A stretch of 64,000 bases of DNA from an uncultured Desulfobacterales bacterium. GTDB taxonomy: Bacteria > Desulfobacterota > Desulfobacteria > Desulfobacterales > Desulfobacteraceae. Positions 38,230 through 45,768 of this stretch are shown in pieces (the first letter of the stretch is position 1; every line of letters starts with the position of its first letter). Under the pieces are notes generated by a model, which made no database searches, was not told where the DNA came from, and saw nothing but the letters and a program-made list of their open reading frames with translations. The position numbers were made by a program, and so were the translations under genes. The stretch covers positions 78,765-142,764 of the forward strand of contig CAZIJN010000005.1 in assembly GCA_964539635.1 (NCBI GenBank), given 5' to 3'.

Positions 38230-39705
38230 ATGGTTAAAATTCTTATACTTCTTCCATTTATTGCCGGCTCTATCGCCTTTTTTCTTCCTAAAAAAGCTGG
38301 GCGTTTAATTTTAGTTCTAACTGCTTCTATCCACATTGTAACCTCAATTCTATTGTGGATAGAGAGACCTCCTCCGCCTTTTCCCGACTATTTCGCCATT
38401 ACACCGGAAGGGCTTTTATCTCTTCTTGTCATATCTCTGCTCTTTTTTCTTATATCTATCTATTCAGCCGGATATCTGAAGGTTGAATCAGAGCATTTTG
38501 AAGCTGGAACGCTTGATACTGAAGCTATTCAATCAGAACCGATATTTATCGGCTCAATGCTCATATTTCTATCAACCATGACTATGGTAACACTATCTGA
38601 TCATATAATGGTTATGTGGATTGCAATAGAGGCGACAACTCTTGCAAGCGCCCCTCTTATCTACTCTCACCGGACAGCAGCAGCTCTTGAAGCTACATGG
38701 AAATATGTGATTGTCTGTTCTGTGGGCATTGCAATGGCACTTTTAGGGTCAATGTTTATAGCGATTGCAATGGATGTTGGAAAGGTAAATGTGCCGGTCT
38801 CTTTTTCTGCAATCACTTCCGTAGCAAAACAGCTTGACCCTATGTGGCTGAAAGCAGGTTTTGTATTCATACTGGTTGGATATGGAACCAAAATGGGACT
38901 TGCTCCAATGCACACATGGCTTCCTGATGCCCACTCTGAAGCTCCAAGTCCTGCATCTGCTCTATTATCAGGAGTTTTGCTCAACTGTGCATATCTTGGG
39001 ATTTTTAAGACAAACAAGATAATGCACGGTGCAGGTTTAGGCGATTTTTCCGGCACTATTTTGATGGTGTTTGGTCTGATTTCTATTATTGCTGCTGCCA
39101 CGTTTATCCTTAGACAGACTGAATATAAAAGACTGCTTGCCTATTCAAGCATTGAAAATATGGGAATAATTGCCTTTGGAACCGGTGTCGGCGGTATGGG
39201 TGCTTATGGAGCGATACTGTGCCTTATCCACCACAGCCTTATTAAATCTTCTCTTTTTCTCACATCAAGTAATATGCTGCTTGGTTATGGAACAGGTCTT
39301 ATAAAAAAGACAGGTAATATGGTAAATCTTATGCCGAAAAGTTTTGTGGTATTTTTCGCAGGATTTACGGGCATCTCAGGATTCCCGCCTTTTGGGATAT
39401 TTATCGGGGAATTTTTTATTATCATGGCTGCTTTTCATTCAGGAAAATTTATTGAAGTTGGAATTTTCATCTTAACGATTTGCATAATATTTGCAGGATT
39501 TTCCAATCAGATGATGAAAATTTCATTTGCTCCGTCAGCTATTGATAAAATGACCATGCACACGCGTCAGATCGAATCCAGCCCAAGTATGATACTGCCC
39601 CAATATCTGCTGCTGATAACATCAATAATATTGTGCTTCTGGATGCCGGCTTCGCTCTATCATACAATCATCAATGCAGTGGCAGCTATGGGAGGATTAA
39701 AATGA
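38230..39705 (+). CDS. hyfF: Ehr/hydrogenase-4 antiporter-like subunit (HyfF)
   Basis: WIAIEATTLAS, EATWKY, GYGTKMGLAPMHTWLPDAHSEAP, KRLLAYSSIE. Confidence 0.9.
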   Translation: MVKILILLPFIAGSIAFFLPKKAGRLILVLTASIHIVTSILLWIERPPPPFPDYFAITPEGLLSLLVISLLFFLISIYSAGYLKVESEHFEAGTLDTEAIQSEPIFIGSMLIFLSTMTMVTLSDHIMVMWIAIEATTLASAPLIYSHRTAAALEATWKYVIVCSVGIAMALLGSMFIAIAMDVGKVNVPVSFSAITSVAKQLDPMWLKAGFVFILVGYGTKMGLAPMHTWLPDAHSEAPSPASALLSGVLLNCAYLGIFKTNKIMHGAGLGDFSGTILMVFGLISIIAAATFILRQTEYKRLLAYSSIENMGIIAFGTGVGGMGAYGAILCLIHHSLIKSSLFLTSSNMLLGYGTGLIKKTGNMVNLMPKSFVVFFAGFTGISGFPPFGIFIGEFFIIMAAFHSGKFIEVGIFILTICIIFAGFSNQMMKISFAPSAIDKMTMHTRQIESSPSMILPQYLLLITSIILCFWMPASLYHTIINAVAAMGGLK

Positions 39706-41366
39706 TAAATTTTTTAGAAGTTGAAAATGGTGCTGCAATATCAAGAGATTTGATTCCCCATCTGCCATTTTACGATTTTAGAGATATCTCTCTGAAACTG
39801 GTCAGAAACAATGCAAAGATTGTCCAATTTTTTGGATATCAAGATGATAAACCAGTTTGCAAAGATGATAATAACAAATTTGATAACAATGAAGTTAGCT
39901 GCAAAATAAAGCTGTTTGCACTCTTTAGAACAAACAGGATTTACAGCGATAGACGTTACACTCTTTTAGCTGCCACATGCGATGCTCCTGACAGCTATCC
40001 ATCTTTTACCTCTGAATGCGAGCCTTTTCATCTGTTTGAGCGTGAAATTGCAGAGCAGTTTGGAATAGTTCCAGAGGGACATCCATGGCTTAAAATGGTC
40101 AGATACCACCCAAACAGCCAAGGCAAACCCGATGTGTTTGGCAATGACTGCGTTTATGATAGTAGCGGACGCTGCTCTTATACCCAAGATATTCCCGGAA
40201 ATTATCCTTACTATTCAGTTGAGGGAAAAGAGATTCATGAGGTTGCAGTGGGTCCTGTTCATGCAGGAGTTATCGAGCCGGGACATTTTAGATTCAACTG
40301 CATTGGAGAAAGAGTTCTCCATTTAGAGATTCAGTTGGGATATCAGCATCGAGGCATTGAAAATCTTATTGTCAACGCTCCTTTAAAACGGCTGCCTGTT
40401 ATTGTTGAAGGCATTGCAGGAGATACAACAGTTGCGAATGCCGTCTCTTTTGCCCAAGCGATTGAAGCATTGACAAAAATATCTTCAGATAGAGAGAGCG
40501 GGCTGAAATTAAAACAAGATTTACAACCAGATACAGGTGCGAAAAAGATAAGAACCATTGCACTTGAACTTGAGAGGCTTGCAAACCATGTTGGTGATCT
40601 TGGTGCATTAAGCGGCGATGTTGCCTTTCTGCCTCCTGCCAACTACTGCGGACGCATGAGGGGCGATTTTCTTAATATGACTCTTCTTATCTGCGGAAAC
40701 AGGTTTGGCAAAGGGTTGGTCAGACCCGGAGGAGTTAGATTTACGATTGACCAAGAGCTTAGTAATGAGCTTATGAGGCGGATAACTGAACTTGAGGTTC
40801 AGGTTGCCAACGTGATTGAGCTTTTGCTCGTAACAACTCCAAGCGTAAGAGATCGTTTTGAAAATTGCGGAGTTGTCAGCCGTTCAGATGCACATGAGCT
40901 TGGGCTTGTCGGACCTGCCGGACGTGCCTGCGGTCTCTCTTATGATGCAAGAAGAGCCTTTCCAACCGAATATTACCCAAACATTAAAATTCCAGAAAAT
41001 GCAAAATCAACAGGCGATGTATATGCACGGGCAAAGGTGAGGGCAGATGAGGTTATGCAGTCAATTTCAATCATAAAAACTCTGTTAAGCGAGCCGATTG
41101 AGACATCTTACGCAGCAGAGCCTTTTTATCTAAATAGAACTACTCCACCCAACTCATTTGTAGCAACCGTAAATGAGGCTTGGAGAGGAGAGCTTTCCCA
41201 CTGCATTCTTACAGATGAAACAGGTAAGATACTACGTTACAAGATAAAAGACCCCTCTTTTCATAATTGGAGCTCTCTTGCAATGTCGCTTAGAGATACT
41301 GGAATTTCAGATTTTCCTCTTAATAACAAGAGCTATAATCTTTCATACTGCGGTTTTGATTTATAA
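39702..41366 (+). CDS. hyfG: Ehr large subunit (fused NuoC/NuoD-like, HyfG-like) without Ni-binding CxxC motifs
   Basis: FEREIAEQFG, GPVHAGVIEPGHFRF, LGYQHRGIE; N-terminal site is GIAGDTTVAN and C-terminus DFPLNNKSYNLSYCGFDL; ATGA overlap with hyfF. Confidence 0.88.
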   Translation: MINFLEVENGAAISRDLIPHLPFYDFRDISLKLVRNNAKIVQFFGYQDDKPVCKDDNNKFDNNEVSCKIKLFALFRTNRIYSDRRYTLLAATCDAPDSYPSFTSECEPFHLFEREIAEQFGIVPEGHPWLKMVRYHPNSQGKPDVFGNDCVYDSSGRCSYTQDIPGNYPYYSVEGKEIHEVAVGPVHAGVIEPGHFRFNCIGERVLHLEIQLGYQHRGIENLIVNAPLKRLPVIVEGIAGDTTVANAVSFAQAIEALTKISSDRESGLKLKQDLQPDTGAKKIRTIALELERLANHVGDLGALSGDVAFLPPANYCGRMRGDFLNMTLLICGNRFGKGLVRPGGVRFTIDQELSNELMRRITELEVQVANVIELLLVTTPSVRDRFENCGVVSRSDAHELGLVGPAGRACGLSYDARRAFPTEYYPNIKIPENAKSTGDVYARAKVRADEVMQSISIIKTLLSEPIETSYAAEPFYLNRTTPPNSFVATVNEAWRGELSHCILTDETGKILRYKIKDPSFHNWSSLAMSLRDTGISDFPLNNKSYNLSYCGFDL

Positions 41367-41379
41367 AGAGAATAAAAAA

Positions 41380-42132
41380 ATGCTTGATACACTAAAAAAT
41401 AGAATAGAACAGGGATATAGAACAAGTAAATATCCAAAACAGACAATATCTTTACCAGAAAGATATCGTGGTCTGCCAGCGATCAATCAGAATGCTGATG
41501 CTGCTGTGGTGAAAATTGCTGCTGATGCGTGTCCTCAAGATGCAATTGATGTAGCAAATAAGATGATCGATATGGGGCGGTGCGTTTTTTGCGGAACTTG
41601 CGAAAGGGTCTCAGAAGGAAAATTTATAACATTTACCCAGAATTTTGAGTGTTCAACAGCCCAAAGAGAGCATCTTCTCACTTTCGGAACTCTGCCAGAC
41701 CTTGCAAAACACTCTAAACAGCATTTCAAAAAATTGTTTGGACGCTCTTTACAGCTTCGTCAAGTCTCTGCTGCCGGCTGCAATGCCTGTGAAGCAGATT
41801 TAAATGTTCTTGCAACTCCGTTTTTTGATCTTGCAAGATTTGGAATAAACTTTGTAGCCTCTCCCCGCCATGCTGACGGGCTGGTTGTAACTGGTCCAAT
41901 ATCAAGAAATATGCGGACAGCCCTTCTCCAAACTTATGAAGCCCTGCCTGCACCAAAAGTTGTAATTGCGGTCGGCAGTTGTGCTATTACAGGCGGTCCT
42001 TTTAGAGAAAGCCCTGAAGTATCCAAAGGTCTTGATACAATTCTGCCGGTTGATCTCTATATTCCGGGTTGCCCCTCCCACCCTTTGACAAACCTCCACG
42101 CACTTCTGACATTTTTTAAACAAAAAATATAA
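41380..42132 (+). CDS. hyfI: Ehr small subunit (ferredoxin-like plus NuoB-like fusion)
   Basis: CPQDA, GRCVFCGTCE, AGCNACE, ASPRHADG, GSCAITGG, PGCP. Confidence 0.88.
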   Translation: MLDTLKNRIEQGYRTSKYPKQTISLPERYRGLPAINQNADAAVVKIAADACPQDAIDVANKMIDMGRCVFCGTCERVSEGKFITFTQNFECSTAQREHLLTFGTLPDLAKHSKQHFKKLFGRSLQLRQVSAAGCNACEADLNVLATPFFDLARFGINFVASPRHADGLVVTGPISRNMRTALLQTYEALPAPKVVIAVGSCAITGGPFRESPEVSKGLDTILPVDLYIPGCPSHPLTNLHALLTFFKQKI

Positions 42133-42207
42133 AATGTGAACCCCCTGCCTTTATCTCGCCCATCTTATGTATATCTTTTTACAGAAGATGGGTTTTAAGG
42201 AGATTTT

Positions 42208-43467
42208 ATGATACGCTTTATTCATGCTTCAGATATCCACCTTGACAGCCCCCTTAAAGGACTTCAATCTCACGAGGGCGCACCTGTTGATACTCTTCGC
42301 AGTGCAACAAGGCGTGCTTTTGAAAATCTTGTCCAGCTTGCAATTGATGAGCAGGTTGATTTTATCCTTATTGCTGGTGATCTTTATGATGGAGATTGGA
42401 GAGATTACAGCACAGGTCTCTTTTTCCGCGGGCAGATGGTTAGATTAAAAGATAAGGGTATTGATGTCTATATAGTTGCCGGCAACCACGATGCAGCTTC
42501 TGTTATCTCTAAAAAACTTACGCTGCCAAAAAATGTCCACATCTTTTCCACACGCACAGTTGAATCATTAGAACCCGCCGCTCTCCCTGTGGTTATTCAT
42601 GGACGGGGATTTCCAAATCGTGCTGTGCCTGAAAATCTTGCAAAAGATTATCCTTTGGCTTTTGCTGATAAGTTTAACATAGGTCTTTTGCACACAAGTC
42701 TTACCGGACGCACAGGACACGACACATACTCCCCATGTTCAGATCGGGATTTACGCGAAAAAGGTTATGGATATTGGGCATTGGGTCATGTGCATCAGCC
42801 TGAGATTATAAGCCGAGAGCCTTGGATCGTATTTTCCGGCAACTGTCAGGGGCGTGATATCAGAGAGTCTGGAGAGAGAGGCTGTTTTATTGTTAGTGTC
42901 AATGACTCTTTAGAGGTTGAGAGTGTTGATTGGTACAACCTTGACGTTGTCAGATGGCAGACGCTTGAGATCGATCTTTTAGCTGTTAAAGATGAGTCTG
43001 AGGCTTTACGCCGTGTCTCGCAATCTATTATCTCTGCTGTAAATAGTTCTGGAAATAGGCTTGTAGCCGCAAGAGTTATCTTTACAGGAGCTACAAATCT
43101 TCATGGTTCTCTTCATCGTGAAACTTCCCGCTGGCGTGCAGAAATTCTCGGCATTGCACAAGATCGTGGAGAAGATGCTGTCTGGATTGAACAGATAAAA
43201 GTTTTAACCACTCCAATATATGATTTAGAACAGCTTGCCCAGAGAGATACTCTTACAAAAATTATCCTTGAGACCATTGATAATGCAAATATTCAACCTG
43301 AAAATCTTCCTCACGAAATAAAAGATATGCTCGGAATTCTTCCAAATGAAATTCAAAGAGAGATAGAGTATGATTTAACTAAAGAAGATAATAGCTCCCT
43401 TTTGCTTAAAGATGTAAGAGCCATTATCCTTGATGCTTTAGGAACAAAGGGTGCTGCTGGAGCTTGA
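42208..43467 (+). CDS. YhaO-like DNA repair exonuclease (Mre11/SbcD-type metallophosphoesterase)
   Basis: HASDIHLDSP, IAGDLYD, AGNHD, GLLHTSL, WALGHVH. Confidence 0.9.
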   Translation: MIRFIHASDIHLDSPLKGLQSHEGAPVDTLRSATRRAFENLVQLAIDEQVDFILIAGDLYDGDWRDYSTGLFFRGQMVRLKDKGIDVYIVAGNHDAASVISKKLTLPKNVHIFSTRTVESLEPAALPVVIHGRGFPNRAVPENLAKDYPLAFADKFNIGLLHTSLTGRTGHDTYSPCSDRDLREKGYGYWALGHVHQPEIISREPWIVFSGNCQGRDIRESGERGCFIVSVNDSLEVESVDWYNLDVVRWQTLEIDLLAVKDESEALRRVSQSIISAVNSSGNRLVAARVIFTGATNLHGSLHRETSRWRAEILGIAQDRGEDAVWIEQIKVLTTPIYDLEQLAQRDTLTKIILETIDNANIQPENLPHEIKDMLGILPNEIQREIEYDLTKEDNSSLLLKDVRAIILDALGTKGAAGA

Positions 43468-43537
43468 GCAGGATAGAAAAAAATAACTTAAGGATAGAAT
43501 CAGGATAGCTGAGAAGAGAGATTACAGCCGTATAGCC

Positions 43538-43628
43538 GCCGTGGGGCTGAAGCCCTCGGCTAACCATAAAAGAAGCCCTCTTAAGAGGGCTTGGGTGAAA
43601 ATGCAGCCCTGAGCTTTAGCTCTGGGGC
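43538..43628. repeat. Triple-palindrome REP unit, copy 1 (91 bp)
   Basis: gccgtggggctgaagccctcggc / aagccctcttaagagggctt / gccctgagctttagctctggggc. Confidence 0.92.
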
Positions 43629-43674
43629 ATCAAAATCACGGATTAAATCAATTCATTTGGATAAAATAAAAATC

Positions 43675-44088
43675 ATGGCATTTTGGAAACTCTATTATCA
43701 TATTGTATGGGGAACAAAAAATAGGCTGCCATTAATCACAGAGCAAATAGAAGAACAATTGTATAAATATATAACAATGAAGAGTGAAGAGCTAAAAAGC
43801 ATTACCCATGCACTTGGCGGTATTGATGACCATATTCATATTATTGTATCCATTCCGCCTGCATTATCTATTTCAGAATATGTTGGTAAAATAAAGGGCA
43901 GCAGTTCACATTTTGTGAACTATAGATTTGATAATTCCCAATTTTTCGCTTGGCAGGAGAAATATGGAGTATTTTCGCTTGGGTCTAAACAGTTGGATAA
44001 TGCTGTGGATTATGTGGTTAAACAGAAAGAGCATCACTATACAGGGGCAATCATACCTGTTTTGGAAAAATATGATGATAAAGATTAA
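43675..44088 (+). CDS. tnpA: IS200-like Y1 HUH transposase (TnpA / REP-associated RAYT-like)
   Basis: YYHIVWGTKNR, DHIH (HUH), IKGSSS, WQEKYG, catalytic YVVKQKEHH; ATG 43675; same REP unit on both sides. Confidence 0.9.
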   Translation: MAFWKLYYHIVWGTKNRLPLITEQIEEQLYKYITMKSEELKSITHALGGIDDHIHIIVSIPPALSISEYVGKIKGSSSHFVNYRFDNSQFFAWQEKYGVFSLGSKQLDNAVDYVVKQKEHHYTGAIIPVLEKYDDKD

Positions 44089-44099
44089 TTCATATTTCA

Positions 44100-44191
44100 G
44101 CCGTGGGGCTGAAGCCCTCGGCTAACCTTTAAAAGAAGCCCTCTTAAGAGGGCTTGGGTGAAAAGATAGCCCAGAGCTTTAGCTCAGGGGC
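44100..44191. repeat. Triple-palindrome REP unit, copy 2 (92 bp)
   Basis: Near-identical direct repeat of copy 1, 11 bp after the tnpA stop. Confidence 0.92.
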
Positions 44192-44208
44192 GGGGGGGAT
44201 ATGTTTCT

Positions 44209-44272
44209 GAATCACAGATTGACACAGATTAAGGGATTTCACGGATTTAAAAATCAGTGGAATCCGTGATTC
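44209..44272. repeat. Second repeat family: aatcac(a/g)gatt ... aatccgtgatt hairpin element
   Basis: gaatcacagatt..ttcacggatt..aatccgtgattc; half-sites recur at about 43633, 44823, 44986 and 45697. Confidence 0.75.
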
Positions 44273-44362
44273 TGAATCAAGATTGGCAGGATATAAAGGA
44301 TAAGGAAGGATAAAGATAGACGTGGTGATGTCTTTAAAAAAAATCAACGGGGGGGGGAAACA

Positions 44363-44602
44363 ATGCTTAATATAACAATTCCAGAGAAACTGACGTTAAA
44401 GATTAATCAATTTGCGGGCATTTTCCATCAAACACCTGAAGAGTTCATTATTGAGATATTAGAAGAACGTCTTTAGCATGATAGTGCATATAAAGAGACT
44501 CTCTATCTGGCTCAATCAAATGTTAATAAGCAGCGTCTTGACAGGGCTGTTGCAGATATAAACAAAGGCAGATATGAAGTTCATGGGTTATTAAATGATT
44601 AG
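44363..44602 (+). pseudogene. YefM-like antitoxin with one in-frame TAG (44474-44476)
   Basis: MLNITIPEKL...EERL*HDSAYKETLYLAQSNVNKQRLDRAV..; ETLYL..N..RL is the YefM C-terminal pattern; overlaps yoeB start. Confidence 0.72.
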
Positions 44603-44843
44603 CTGGCACTCTCACGCATGGGAAGATTATCTTTATTGGCAGGAAAACGATAAGCGTATTGTAAAACGTATAAATATGTTGATTAAAGATATATTGTGAA
44701 ATCCTTTTGACGGAATAGGTAAGCCTGAATCTTTAAAATATGAATGGAGTGGATTCTGGAGCAGACGCATAAATGATGAACACAGGCTTGTTTATGCAAT
44801 AAATAATCTTGGCGTGCATCAAAATCACGGATTGGCAGGATAG
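44595..44843 (+). pseudogene. yoeB: Txe/YoeB toxin with one in-frame TGA (44697-44699) and a repeat-derived C-terminus
   Basis: [59 protein letters not shown]; normal C-terminal ..HY absent. Confidence 0.85.
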
Positions 44844-44880
44844 AAGGATAAGGAGGGATAGCCGATGATGTGTTTTTGCA

Positions 44881-44972
44881 GCCGTGGGGCTGAAGCCCTC
44901 GGCTAACCTTTAAAAGAAGCCCTCTTAAGAGGGCTTGGGTGAAAAGATAGCCCTGAGCTTTAGCTCGTGGGC
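44881..44972. repeat. Triple-palindrome REP unit, copy 3 (92 bp)
   Basis: Differs from copy 2 only at a few positions in the last palindrome. Confidence 0.92.
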
Positions 44973-45027
44973 GGTAAATGATGTTAATTTGTGATTCTGA
45001 TAGTTTTAGATTAGGAGGATAACTATA

Positions 45028-45261
45028 ATGATGACTAAACAATTAACAACTCACATTAATGAAAGTGGAATGTTAAATCTTAATATTCCATTATCTATAA
45101 AAAATCAGGATATAGAAGTTTTGATTGTAATCAGCACTAAAACCCAAAGAGAAAAATCTCATTGGCAAGATGATTTTGTTGAGAAATTTGCTGGTTGTAT
45201 GCCTGATTTTCCTGAAAATGATTATGAAGGCGATTTTGAAGAGAGAGAAATGTTGCTATGA
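45028..45261 (+). CDS. Putative antitoxin of the VapC toxin
   Basis: GGAGG RBS; 77 aa with acidic tail WQDDFVEKFAGCMPDF..EERE; ATGA overlap with vapC. Confidence 0.75.
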   Translation: MMTKQLTTHINESGMLNLNIPLSIKNQDIEVLIVISTKTQREKSHWQDDFVEKFAGCMPDFPENDYEGDFEEREMLL

Positions 45262-45659
45262 AGTATCTATTAGACACAAATATTTGTATTGCCATTTTAA
45301 AAGCTGGAAATCAAAAAGTTATAAACCGCTTTTTGATCGAACAGCCTTACAATCTCTCTGTATGCTCTATTGTAAAAGCTGAACTTTTTTATGGTGCTTG
45401 TAAAAGTCATAATCGTGAAAAGAATCTTGAAAAACTATCTGAATTTTTTAATCTTTTTCATTCATTTTCTTTTGATGATGATACTGCTGAGATTTATGGA
45501 GATATAAGAGCAGATTTAAGTGCTAAAGGAACGCCTATTGGTCCAAATGATTTAATTATAGCTTCGATTGCATTACAAAACAGCCTTATTCTTGTAACTC
45601 ATAATACTCGTGAATTTGAAAGAGTAAGTGGTTTGCATCTGGAAGATTGGGAAGGCTGA
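45258..45659 (+). CDS. vapC: VapC PIN-domain toxin (intact)
   Basis: YLLDTNICI, IVKAELFYG, GPNDLIIA, LVTHNTREF..LEDW. Confidence 0.93.
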   Translation: MKYLLDTNICIAILKAGNQKVINRFLIEQPYNLSVCSIVKAELFYGACKSHNREKNLEKLSEFFNLFHSFSFDDDTAEIYGDIRADLSAKGTPIGPNDLIIASIALQNSLILVTHNTREFERVSGLHLEDWEG

Positions 45660-45696
45660 TAACAGATGTTTGGGCAGGGGTGTTGTGGGCGTTTTA

Positions 45697-45741
45697 GAAT
45701 CACGGATTGCCAGAGAATTTAAGAGATTTCACAGATTAAAA
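45697..45741. repeat. Copy of the aatcacggatt repeat family
   Basis: gaatcacggattgccagagaatttaagagatttcacagatt aligns with 44209-44250. Confidence 0.7.
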
Positions 45742-45768
45742 GATTAGTACAATTGGAGGTTAAAACTC

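Noticed and set aside
39633-41366. Calling the large subunit a NiFe hydrogenase (Hyf/Ech)
   Set aside because: Both Ni-binding CxxC motifs are missing.
43538-44972. CRISPR array interpretation of the three direct repeats
   Set aside because: Units are 92 bp, spacing is irregular (about 470 and 690 bp, containing genes) and no cas genes are present.
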